A stretch of DNA of 64,000 bases from Leptogorgia sarmentosa (taxonomy: Eukaryota), in NCBI GenBank assembly GCA_964658305.1, contig OZ210885.1, positions 7,192,001 through 7,256,000 of the forward strand, written 5' to 3'. Made by a program: the position numbers and the translations under genes. Below, piece by piece: positions 36,239-49,500 of this stretch. The notes beneath the pieces were generated by a model. That model was not told the DNA's origin. It worked only from the letters and a program-made list of their open reading frames with translations, and made no database searches. The number at the start of each line of letters is the position of its first letter. The stretch's first letter is position 1.

Positions 36239-37199
36239 TAAGATTTACTGTGAAAATTGCATCTTAAGTATCAGTTAAGAACGACCCACACTTGAGATCG
36301 CTGATAACTTGGAATATGGTGAAAAATCAAGTACCTACTCACCAAGCATGAGGTGTGCATGGTGAATATCAAACCGCGACCAATGCCAAGGCATCAAAAC
36401 CGAGGTTTGAAAGTTAACCATACAGACGAAACAGTCCAAGTCAACGAAAAGACGAAGTCTGTTTTCGTACGGAACTGATACTCAATTTTTGGCACTATCT
36501 TTCTTTTCACGTACAGATTCTGAATTACGAAAATTTAAAAAAATGCGAGGTGTTGGAACATGATATTTTGCCAAAGGCACGTGACGACAAATGAGCTAAT
36601 CACATGTGCCAAATACTCTATAAAGGATGTCAATCTTGTGGGGTCCCCGAATATTTGGCTTGGGGGACGACTATATAACTGTCCCCAACTGTTTACCATT
36701 TCTCCTTTTTTTTACTAGTAAATGAATGACCTTACCAAAGAGGTAGAGTTAAGGTTCTGAAATGGGCGTTTCCGGCAACGTTTCAGAAACGTTTTCCACC
36801 CTAAGAAAATCAGAAACCCCCAAGTTTGGGAATGTCTTCCCTGTATTCTACCCATTGTGCCTATTACGTAATATACAATTTCAGTGGAACATTCAAATAT
36901 TTTTCAATATCCCGAAATTCCCGAAATACTTGGAATGCTGGTTGTTTTGGTAAAAAATAGTCATAATCGAATATTAGTATACCGGGTGTGCCAAAAAACC
37001 CTGCTCTTGTGCCAAGGGCTCTCAAATTCCAACAATGCGTTAATTTCATTGTATTTTGGGTTTTTTGAGTCTTTATTTTACTTTATATCATATTTTAGAC
37101 TATTATTCATTGCCAGAAATATTGATATTGCTACTCCACATACCCTTGTTTCCACGTTTAATATTCATTTAAGACAATGTTGGAATTCCTCTTAAGTCT

Positions 37200-37513
37200 T
37201 CAACCTTCTTTTGAATGCGAGGAGAACTTATTAAGACGAAGGAAGCAGACCCGACCTCCTTCCAGGCCAACACAAACCATTCCATTTGAGCCGCATGCGA
37301 TGGCTAAAACATACCGGTCGAAATGAAACTCTTCAACACATTCTCCATTTGGTAGGTTCCACAGTTTCAGCGTCTTGTCATCTTCCGAGCATGACAAAAG
37401 AAACTCACCACCAGGCGCTAATGACAACGCTATGATATCCTCAGCATCTTTAATTGGAAATCTGTGGAGAACCTTTCCAGTTCTGAAGTTCTCAAGCGCC
37501 AAGAAACCATGAC
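37200..37513 (-). CDS. WD40 gene, terminal exon
   Basis: FLLSCSEDDKTLKLWNL...VGLEGGRVCFLRL; phase-1 acceptor; TGA at 37200. Confidence 0.85.
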
Positions 37514-40500
37514 CTAAAAGTGTGATTTAAAATTTTTAAATCTGTTAAGGCAATGTTACGCGAGGCAATTTTTGTGATCAATTTTGGGTTGATAGCCATG
37601 TTTTATATTTATAGTGGCTGTTACGAGGCGCGTTTATGCTCTCATAGAAATTAGTAATAGGTGCGGGCGTAAATTTAGGAATGCGCGGGTAGTTTTGACA
37701 CCTCAACTTTCCCGCAAGTGTCAAAACTTCCCGCGCCTCCCAGAATTTGCGCCCGGAGACATTAGTATAATTTCTATTAAAAGCATAAAGCGCCTGTGGG
37801 GGAGGTACACTGTGAAAACAGATTGTTTAAAATGACCAATTTTTTAGGTTGCAACCAATGTCAATTGGTCATTTAAACCAATTCACAATTGGTTAATATA
37901 TATGAGCAATTAAATATTGGTCACTTTTACCAATAAGTTATTGGTAACTAACTCCTATTAGTTTTAAAACGCGAATGTTTCGTAAGCGTCATCACCTTAA
38001 TCACGGGACGCAAATTATGCAGCCTGGTGTCAATCACATGTCAGTCTAGTTGCGCCCAGGGAATCGTCTTTTTTAGTTAGTTGCGTGACTCTGGTAAGGT
38101 CATTCTCTAGTACGTTTCGTCGTGTAAGGACAAGTTTTTCTATCCGCTATCGCCATAGCAGTGAAATATTGAAGTATTCAAGTATCATTCTATCTACAAC
38201 GTTTTCTACGTACTACGTACTCGCAGTGGTTTTCAAGCGATATATATAGTAAAGTCATTTGATGGGCGTGTAAACCAACGTGAGTTCACATTTTGACCTT
38301 TCTTGTTCATTGCAATTGTACGTCTTATATGTCGTTAAATGAATTAGTTGTTGTATATATCCAATTGAAATTTACACTTAATGTTTAGGTAATGCATGTT
38401 AGGTTATGATCTAGTTCATTAAGTTATAGTCGTGCGTATTCGCCGTGCGATCGCGTGCTTCATGATATAGTCACGCAAGAGTGTTTTTCGTAGTTTAAGT
38501 AGGTATTTTTCATCGTTGCATTATCTAGTTCGAACCGATTGTATACGATTGTATTCTATTTCGTTAACATTGGATTGGCATAAAGTTTAACCGTATTTAT
38601 GAGCCGTGTCCGTGTTCAATTGTGTATCATCTATTCTATCGAGTTCGAGTAATCTGCGCATCATTCAACCCCGAATGTAATCTTATTAGTTTCAGTCGTT
38701 AGTTCAGTCCACTCGTTTTCCGCCAGTGAGATTACAACTTCAACCAATTCAAAATTGGTCAAATATGTAATATTCGGCAAAGACTGGTACTAGTCTCATC
38801 GTTATAAGCTGTTTATAATTATGAAGTTTAGCGATGAGTCATGGGCTAAATGCGGTTTCCATCGAAAGCCCTGTGTAAAAATCGCTCATTAATTAGAATT
38901 TGTTTCGAAAATGGAATGTTAAAAACTTAACAGTTAATCCACTACACAATGAAATTATTTCAATGTCCTTAAAATAGAGGTGTGAGTATAAAACGTGCTT
39001 TGTCAAAACACTGATACATATTGTTTTTAAAAAATTTAAAAATGCGCGGGTAGTTTTGACACCTCAACTTTCCCGCAAATGTCAAAACTTCCCGCGCATC
39101 TCAGAATTTGCGCCCGCAAACATTAGTATAATTTCTATTAAAAGCATAAAGCGCGTGTGGAGCATGTAGGGTCCAGAGGTCAGGTTATTTAAGTAGCTGT
39201 CTCAGAAATTGTTCACGTAGACCGCTACTACACTCACTTTATCGGGGAATATTAATAAAAGGGACTTATGTGCACAAATTTTCAGCGAGTCTTATCTAAA
39301 AACATAGCTTTAAATCAGACGTTTCCTAACATGCAGCTAAAACTGCCTGATCGAAGGGTCAATTAGTCAAGGAATATTGCTGACCCATATAGCCGATATG
39401 CAAACATGCCTATCTATCAGGTGATCTCAATACACTCAAGGACTGCGACTAGATGTACCATACCATTTTTCGATTGAAACAAATGAATTTCTGCCATTAT
39501 ATGCTTTATTCTGATTCCATATTTTTGCCAGAGCTATAATTCTCATAACCAAACATAATTACAAAATTTCAACTAGTTTCATACAGAACAACGAAAGATA
39601 TAATCGGGTGAATATAGCGAAATGGATTTCTATTCGGACAACCCTGTGTGAGTGCTGACTGGCTAAGACACGAACCACTGAGCTAAAGAAAGGCTGCAAA
39701 GTGCTCGTATCAATTTTCTCATAAAAGATTGAGGCTTAATTGCAGGATTCGCATAATCCAGTGTTTCTCAGATCAGGGAGTTGTCTATCCACGACAGGTC
39801 TTCCAACTTGCCTTGGGTTTTTATTTTCCCGGGTGAAAATTCCGGGCGGACTTACAACCCTCGCCAGGACTTACTCTCGTTCGCTCGGGGAAAATACATA
39901 CAGACTAAGCTGTGGGTAATGCTCAAAGTTTCCGTGCGAATACTTGTCTGATAACATAGTTGGTTGATAACATAGTCAAACTGGTAATGCACGTGGTGTT
40001 ACGTGAGGTTAAGCCTACTGGAATGCGGTATATTCGCAGGGGAGGTTTCGCATTTGGAGGTTCAAAATGCATCATATTCGCATGTTACTTCCATTGCTTG
40101 GATAACTTCTTGTTGGTTTGAAAAGACTCGTGTCCAGGCTGTTGTGCAGTGGACGGGGAAACAAGGGCGTGGACGGAATGTTGGAGAGTAAGGCTGTGCT
40201 GATACTGGAAGAATTGCGCAACCACATGTTTGTTGCAATTGACATTAAAAAATGAAATAAATTACCTAAAATAGCCACATGGCTGCCAGAATTGTTCACC
40301 CTTAAAACTCTTCTGGTTAAAAGTTCAGAATTCTCGTCGTCCCACTCTTCGTTCAGTTCCCACTCTATGAACCGTGTTTTCTCGTCAGCTCCATCAGCAA
40401 CTCCATACTTGTAAGAATAAACACCAAAAAGGAAGTTCTGGACCATGCGAATTGTTTCAATTCTGCCCCACACATCTGATTTCTGCACAATTCCTTTGGC

Positions 40501-43500
40501 ATTTATCCGCGCAGCCTGTCAAAACAATAATTTACTGCTTAATACAACATTGTTGCATTGGTTATTTTCTCAGCAAAATAAGATGAACGTCTTCCGCTTT
40601 TTAACACTTATTATTATGTATTTCAAATTAAAAATTCCGATGCGGAGTGCTAAGTTTGTTTTCTTCGTTGCGTGACTGCTTGAAACGTAACAAAGTAATT
40701 GAAAAAATTACCTTCAGAATTGGAATTGTTGAATTTAATTTACACATGCAGTATTAGTGACTGAAGGCAAGCGCGCAAATCGTTGGGAGGGGGGGGGGGG
40801 GGGGTAGTTTGTGTGCAGGAAACATATTGAGTTTAAATGTAAATGAAGTATGGCGTTTCGCAATTATCGTATCAATTATCCTTCTAAATTACTGTAATAT
40901 GTGCGAAGCACGAGTGGTGTTACAACAAACATATATGCAATTAATACTGCGTTGTTTTGGTTGTTTTTAAAATCAACGCAGGCTCGGAACGGTGTAATTA
41001 ATAAAAATAGTTAGTAAACGCCTCTGTAATTAATGTTTAATTCGTACAGTTCTTGAAAGTTTTGACAATCAACGGAATTGACCACAATGATATCAATATA
41101 AGAATTAACTGTATTCACAATGTTGATATGTATTATCCTCTTTTCAAATTTTTTTATTACGCAACGGGTTAACTTGTTACACATGCAAAAAGAATACAGT
41201 TGCATTGGTGTTTACTTCAGTTAAATATGATGCGTTGAATTATATAATTCGCTTGATAATCTACGTCTTGGTATATCTATTTTCCCAGTAACTTGCTGTG
41301 ACATGTTAGATATTATATTAACATTGGTATCTGCTGTACGAATTTTCCTCCTTCTATTCAGATAATTTTTTTTGTCATACCCTTTCCTTTTTTTATGACC
41401 CAAATATAAATATTTTTGTTTATTCGGTCATATCTTCTTATTTTTGTCTTACTTTGTTTTTAGACTTAGTTCGGGAAGGCACGCCCCGTTTTTCCTGCTT
41501 GTGGATCAAACCTTACGTTATACAAGATTTATTTTCTTTTTGTAAGAATTATTTCTTTGTGAAACTTGCAGATGGTTGAAATTTTTGTAGGTGTAAAGCA
41601 GCTTATATATATTCCAGTAATTTGTCTAGAAGTGCTTGGTGGCTATAGTGCTAGATTTATTGGATGATATCGATTATATCTTTTGTTATTCTGTATTGAA
41701 CTGGTTGAAATTTTGTAATTATGTTTGGTGATGGGAACTTTAGCCCTGACAAAAATATGGAAATGAAATAAAGCATTTTATGCGAGATTTCAATCGAAAA
41801 ATGTACGAACTCATAACTCGAACTCGAACTCATAGTACATTTACATCATCGAAGTAGAAGTTGCGATTCTGTAAACCTGACCTCGTAGTATTGTGGTTGT
41901 ACTGCGCAATATAAATCTAAGCGCGTTATTTCGTCGAATTAGAAATTGAGATTCTGTAAATTTACTTTCGCAGTATGGCGGTTGCATTGCGCAGTATATA
42001 TAAGTTTGATATTTTACATCAAAAGTGTATAAGTGCTCAATTGCAATGAAAATGATAATACATACCTGGTCGTTAGAAGCAATTATGATATCATCTGAGC
42101 AGGGCACGAATTCTAACGCGGTAATGGAATGAGAACGAATGTGGTCATGTGACCATATTAACGTCGGCAAGTTTTCTTCAACTTTCCAAAGCTTCACAGA
42201 CCCACCGATAGACCCCGATGCAAAGCGACGTGAACGATCATGACCTCCTAACTCGCCTCTTACTTGAGAAATGGCATCCTCGTGTGCTGGGAATTTCAAC
42301 TGCGAGTCATTGCTAAGATGAAACCATAACAGTTCTCCGTCATCACAACCAAGCAATGCATAGTTTGAACCAAGAGCAGTAATGCAGGTGACTTCAACTT
42401 CTGGTTGACCCAATTTCATACTGGCCTCGATATCATTAAAAGTTCTAAGTTCGATTCTGTTTACCTCGTCAACAAAAACGAAATGGACATCATCACTTAA
42501 TACGCAGACCAAACGTATGGCGACCCCAGATTCGGTCTTTGCGAATTGAACTTTTTTAGAACACTCCATGTCGACCAGCGACAATGTTCCCGAACTGCTT
42601 CCAGACAGAGCAAATTTCCCATTTGATGTGATGTCAATTGCTGTAACTATCGAGTCGTCAGGGTGACCTGCATGAAGGAAGTAAAATGTTTATTTGAAGT
42701 ATTCAAGTATGCCACGCTTCAGCGTGGTAGCCTGCCAATCATTGAAAAATATCCTTCCGACGACAAGTATAACCTTTACAGGTGCAGCAATAGACATTTT
42801 CTTCTAATCCAGGTAGGAAAATGCATCGCTGATACAGAAAACGCAAAAATAAGTCATTCACTGTTGTGAATAAAAGACTAGTATAGTGGAAAAAGGGCCG
42901 TTTTCCATTACAGTCGTTTTGCCCTCGCGGGCTGAGCGAACGATTTTAACCTCGTCAAAAATCAGTCGCGCGGGCACATAGTTCCACTTCTAAGCGTCTC
43001 CGCGGGTGCAAAATTAGACAGAGAACGCTTGGATTAGACACCCATAGCAAGAGTTGAAACATGTTTGCTCTGCCCGTGCGGGCAAAGCGACTGCAATGGA
43101 AAACGGCCGTAAATCACACCCAATTCCTCCGAAATTCAATCACTTTCACCTGATAAATAGTACGTACAACATAGCACGAACTTTAATTTGAATGGCCATA
43201 ATATGTTTTTTATTGTTCCCAATCATTGCATACTAATTTTGACACACTTTTACCAATTGTAGCGATGGATTATTGTTTCTTAAATTATTTTCAAATTTTT
43301 GAGATCGCAAGATTTCTCTATTATGAATACGTTTACTCTAGACTAAAAACTTACAGTGGGCTGAAAACAGTCTTAGCTAAGCTCATGGAAAGACAGTTTA
43401 GTAGAAAGGAACAGAACTTCCGTGTCAACTGACAGCTAATTCTCCAAAACTTCAGCTGAGGTTTAAATCTTGAGGTATGTTCGCACAGCGCGACTAGTTA

Positions 43501-46500
43501 GGCTCGTTTTAGACGTCTAATTTTCGTCAAATTCAAAAAATGAGGGAAGTAATCTCATGAATGAAACGGGCTTCAACTTTATTTGAAAATCAGCAGATAA
43601 AAGCGGCCGAAAAATGGCCTGAAAAATTGCAATGTGTTGACATCCTTCATGTCGTGAAGGCACATGGATGGGAAACTTACTGTAGCAAAATACCCGTTTA
43701 GAAAAAGATGAGATCAAAAATAGCAATTTGAAAAATGAAGTTGAAACGAAAGACTCTACGAAAGAACGCAGTAGATCTTTATGTATACATCCTGCATTCT
43801 TACAAGTAGGATGACCCAGAAAATAGTAAGTGATTATGCACTAAAAACGACATATTTCATGTAAATTTCGTGGGCTTCAAGCGTATAGAAGAAAACAGGA
43901 ATTGTCAGTGTTCGATTCGACTATTATTGCGCATTGGATTGGTTTGACTAATTTTTGAAATCTCGTAGTTTTGGTATTCTTTCGCTACATGCAACACGAC
44001 CTAAATAACGGATACAGGTTTGTAGATAGTGGTGACGAAACCGTTTTAATTGTATTCTCCGTAATCCTTTAATACCTAAACAGAACAGAATATTGCCTGT
44101 AAAGCTAGCCAAGACAATTTCAGAGCTAACACGTAAATCGAATTCAATATTTGACTCATTCGCGAGTGAATGCATTGATTTTTCGGGAAAAATATATTCT
44201 CATTTAAAACGGATATTTCACACATATAAATTATTGTGTGTATGAATATAGTAAAACTCCTGTAAAAGTATTTAGAAGTATCAAATAGTCCTTGATTTAC
44301 CCACCTGCATTATGCTCGACCCAACTATCAGTTGAAAGTTTCCGGTGGAGAAACACATTATTCTGAAGCGAGCCAAACAAAAGATCTTTGCCGTCGTGTG
44401 ATATTACAGGTGCGACCCTCGGCCGCTGACGTACAGTCGATACTTGCAAAGAGTCGGGATTGATTTCACAAATATGCATATCAGGGTTGCATGTGTAAAT
44501 CATGTTGCGATCGCACGCTATTTCCACTGTAAAGGACGCGGGTAAAATGACTTCTTTCAAAGACGCATCAGGCTTTTGCCAGTCCCAGATGAACACATGG
44601 TTATCTTTGCATCCAATTACAACTTGCAACCCATCAGAACTAAAGCGAACAATCTCAGGTGTGCCATCGCTATCAATTCCTTTGATCACACTGCCATCAG
44701 ACAAATTCCACACCTTAAAAAATAAAAGGAAAAATTAATATTCTGTATGAAGCTTAAAACTTGTGACTATATAAAGGTTTATCAAAACTAATTGTGAATA
44801 TAATAACTAACAAGCAGAATAGGTTTCGTTACTTATATTATGCGTGCTACTCAAAGCGAATAGTGGAAGTCAGTTTTCAAAGATGCAGATAGAGCATAAA
44901 AAGTTAGTTAATACGTTGCAAATTAGTTTTTACGATTTAGTTTCCAAAATATACGTACACTGAGCAATATATGACTGGACAAAGCTTCAGTAATACATAA
45001 ATAAACCAATAGCGGCCATATTGGTGTGAATAAATTTCCTCCAAAAATGGCGTCTTTTTCCTTTTAAATTTGGCCGTGAATAACTAATGAGGTCACACAA
45101 GATGGACGCTGTGTGATTCATGATAAAGCTTTTAAACGTTCTAGAAACTACTAGGAAAGTTATGACAAGCTCTGTCTATGTCTTGAACATGTAAAAGACA
45201 TTTTCTTTACAATGCGACCATGAATGTTGCGATACCATTTACGGAAACTGCGTTCGATTTCACTCATTTTAGTATTTCATCTCACTTTCAAATTTTCTAA
45301 CTTCAAAATTATTCACTGAATTGAAAAGGATGATAAATTCAGTACTTCGAGATCAGTGGGTTAAAGGGCACGAACAGCAAGTTTTGCCATTTCTTGAAAA
45401 GAAGTCGCGCAAAAGTCCCAGAAAGCCATCTTAATGAACAACATTTACAGATGTACTGCTTTGTAATACGAGCGACGATTATTGTGATATTTTACACCCT
45501 TTATTTAAAACGTTGTCTTGTTTCAACGCATAACTCGAATAGCAATGGATCGAGTTTATGGTGAATTGAAAAGGACATCGTCTTGCACCCAGTCCCTCCT
45601 TGCGCGAAGGAGATAACCAACTTTGAAACGAGTTCAGTAAGTTTAGTAAGTTGTGGTCCTTAACTAAGCAAATTTAACTATTAGATTAAATTAGATGCTC
45701 TGAATATATTCCCTAAACGAGTGCTAAAAAATCGTTTTACCGCAATGTGAAACAGAAATTGTGTGAAATTTTAGCTAATCCTTTGCTAACCAACAAGGCA
45801 ACCAACCAATACCAACAGTGTATTATGTCAAGTCGGTTCGACGTACCGTTCTGGCGTGCGACATGCATTTTACTACCTATATAGGGACGACCGTAACTGT
45901 TGAAGTATTGCGCATATGACGATTTTGTCCAATTGGTATAAACATGATCATCAGGAAAATACCTCATATCAATTCATAACTGTATTAAAAAAGACTTCAT
46001 TGACTTCAGGCGAGTGGGGGAGGGTATGGGGGTCCAGAGATCTCATCTTACGGCGGGCCTGCATTCTAAGATACAGTACCAACTGCAACTAGGCTTATGA
46101 GTTTGAAATAAGAAATATAATTTCCAACACTCAAACACTTTTCTAGTAACATATTCTTGGTAACGATTTTGTTCAATTGATGTCTTCATACTTTATGTAT
46201 GCATTTAACAGTTTAACTGCATGTATATAACCGCGTGAATAAAGCTACTGAAGAAGTTTGATTGGTTTGCTTGAGTTCAGGAGGCTATTGCAGTTTTCGT
46301 TATACGAATAATGAAACGGCCATGCAAATTGTCGAAAGTTCAGAAAGGGCTATTTACTTGTTAGCAAATATTTCAAGTTTCAACCGTTGTTAAAATGCTC
46401 GGAAAACTATAAAATCGCAGATACGGAGGAAGCAATGAATAAAAAGCAGGCAATTTCAAAATATTTAAGTTTTATTCCCGTCAGAGTTTTAACGGGTTGT

Positions 46501-49500
46501 TTTTGGAAATTCAACAAAGAACAACAGTCTTGCTCACTACCTAAACGATAGAAACAGATTTAACGTTTCGATGAAACGTTCTTCCCCTGGAGTTGGTGTG
46601 TTCACTAATGTCGTTATTCAGTGGATAGCGCAATCTTATATGTGAACAACCATCCCGTTACAGGCAGGGGCGGATCCAGACGGGGGCCACAGGGGCCAAA
46701 GCCCCAGTCAGAAATTTTCCATATTTATAATTTATGCGGAAAAATAAATGTGATGATTAGAACTAATGAACTATGATTAAAAATTCTGAAATTTATAACA
46801 TTGAAGCGTCCAAATCGCCTAAAATCGCTTCTTCTACACGAACAAATTACGAGGAATTCAAGTTCAACTATTCGGGAATGATAGCATTGGTAAAATCTGT
46901 CGCATAAAAAAATACGCTAACGTTAACGCTTTAGTCGCTTTTTGTAAAACCGTCAATTATTTCGCTCTAATTTTCACGCATTCTATGCGTCACCCCTGCT
47001 AAAACGCGCCAACTACGTCACGGTAGATGGCTGAATGCCCCTCTACGTCACAGTAGATTTCAATTCGGCCCCTCTTGGCCCCCGTCCCGAGTCCTTTTTC
47101 CGCGCGATATCTACTGTGACGTAGGCAAAAGCATTGTTTCAGCTAGCAACGTCACAGTAGATGTGGGTCTGACAGGGGCCAAACGGGGCCATACCAATAG
47201 CCGTCGTTTGTTCGCTATAAACAGCGTCTTGATTTGACCGGCTAAATTGTGTGTATGTGTGCTCTAGCGAGTTCCTTTCGGTGAGAAAACAGAAACGGAC
47301 ATTAATAAACTGTGCGAGGAAGCATTGTCTGCCGAATCCAAAGCGAAGCATGTTATCGAACGTCGGAACGTGATATATTCGTGTGTAACTCAATTTTCCA
47401 CGCGTCGAGTGAAAATTATAATAGTTCCCTAGGCCAGATCGATCGTGAGTATATTGACATTTCATTTCTTGTTGATCAAGTTGAGCGCACATTGAATACA
47501 ATTTCTAAACAATATACTTTGCATTCATGTTTATATGTAAATTTAACACTTTGTCAAATTGTCGGCTCTTGTAGTCCAACTGTATTGGCAATATTTAATA
47601 TGCACAATAAATATTATTTATAATAAAACCTTATCTCGACACAATACGAACTTTACGCGATTTCCCATAAATAATTTCTATATGTCATGAATGAGTTACC
47701 GCGCGCTTTATGTCGTGTTTGGATGTTTCTATTGTTTTGTATTTCTATATGCACAGTATATGGCTAGTAGCCTTGTGTACTACACCTTTATCGAGGACTT
47801 CGTTGACATATCTACATCCTTTGACAGCGACACGACATAGCGATCATCAGCAGAGACTGCAACATGTTTTGCCCATTTAAAGTCACCTATTAATCAGGAA
47901 GGAAAAAATAATCAATTCAGAAATTAAAGTAAACATCAAAAGGATATTTTCTGTAAGTCACAAATGATCAGGTTGGACGCGTTATTAAAATTAATGCAGA
48001 AATCTTTGCAATTTAAGGATTTATATACAATGAAAAGAAAAATCTTGAGTAGTGGATTAAATACTGTATCTAATATAGCTTGATACTTTAACAAGCAGCA
48101 AAAGTTCTACTCACCAACTGAACGATATAGGCAGTGAATTTGCATGTTTTCTAACGTTTAGGTAGTAAGTAGAAATTTGTTGCTTGTTGATGTTATTATA
48201 TCCGGAACCTATACAGCAGTTGTCTACCAGCATTCGATATTGCCATTCATGGGCGTACGGGCCGGGGGGGCACGGGGGGGGGGGGCTGTGCCCCCCCCAA
48301 ACCGTTCACGGTCGGGCAATTGAGCTCGAATCATTCGGGCAAACATAACTCCATCATAGTTGATAGAATATTAACTTTATTAGACAATATAACATCAACA
48401 ATCCGATGAAAATCATTATCCTCTAAAACATCCTATATGAATTATTCTAATTCCAAAGCTGAAGTATTTCAGATCGAATATGTATTTCATAACGAAAGAG
48501 ATATAATACGACACCTTGAAAATGCCATTTCCAACGATCTAGAGACCCAAAATTTTTAAAATTTTCTCGCTCGGCGCCAACCATGGTGGCGCCTCGTGAG
48601 CTTCGCCCCCCCCTTATCTGTCAGTCTCCCCCCCCCCACTTCAAATGTCGTTCCACAGGTCCTGTCGGGCAAACAATAATGTGCCCCCCCAAACAAGATA
48701 GGGCCCGTACGCCCATGTTGCCATTTTTTTATCATAGAAGATATTTTCATCATCACAAATGGAGATGTATTTTATACTTATCGCAAGCACCTCCATTCAT
48801 ATGACGTTGTATTGATAAATAACTTTGTAGCAATAAATTACGATGAACTACTAGACTACCATCCTTTAGATATTTATAGGAATTGTGAGAAAGTACATTA
48901 GAATGCGATACGATTTAGCGGATTGTGAAAGTTAAGATGCAAATTTAAATTGTAATGTAATATATAATATTGTTCCCACATGCTGGACCATTTGTCACTA
49001 TTTTAAATACAGCTATATAAATTTCATAAAAAAATCTGGTTTGTATTTATTACCGATAATAGGAGGGATTTCCAAAGAAATTAATCAATGCAAAACACGA
49101 TATAGGAAAATTCGTGCCCTCTCACCCATTTAGCCACACCAAAATTGTGCAAATTTACACTTATTTAGTGTTCGCTGAACACTTCGGAATTTAGGAGTGT
49201 GGTCGCATATTGAACCTTATTCTAATGGACTAGACCATAAACTATCAAAATAATGGACTGGAAACGCACGCTGAAACTGCATAACAACAATGATACGCTT
49301 TATGTGGAACCCTGTAACTATCCATTCCAATCGTATTGACATATTTCAAACCAGAAGAGAAATGAGTGTGCATCTATCCACGGTTGAAGGCAAAAAATCG
49401 CCGTTGCAATAAGTGGTGAGAAATTTTATATCTTGATATTTTGCTTGCGTTTTGTTTGTCATTGTTGTCTGTCAGTATCAAATATTCCGTATCTCTACAC

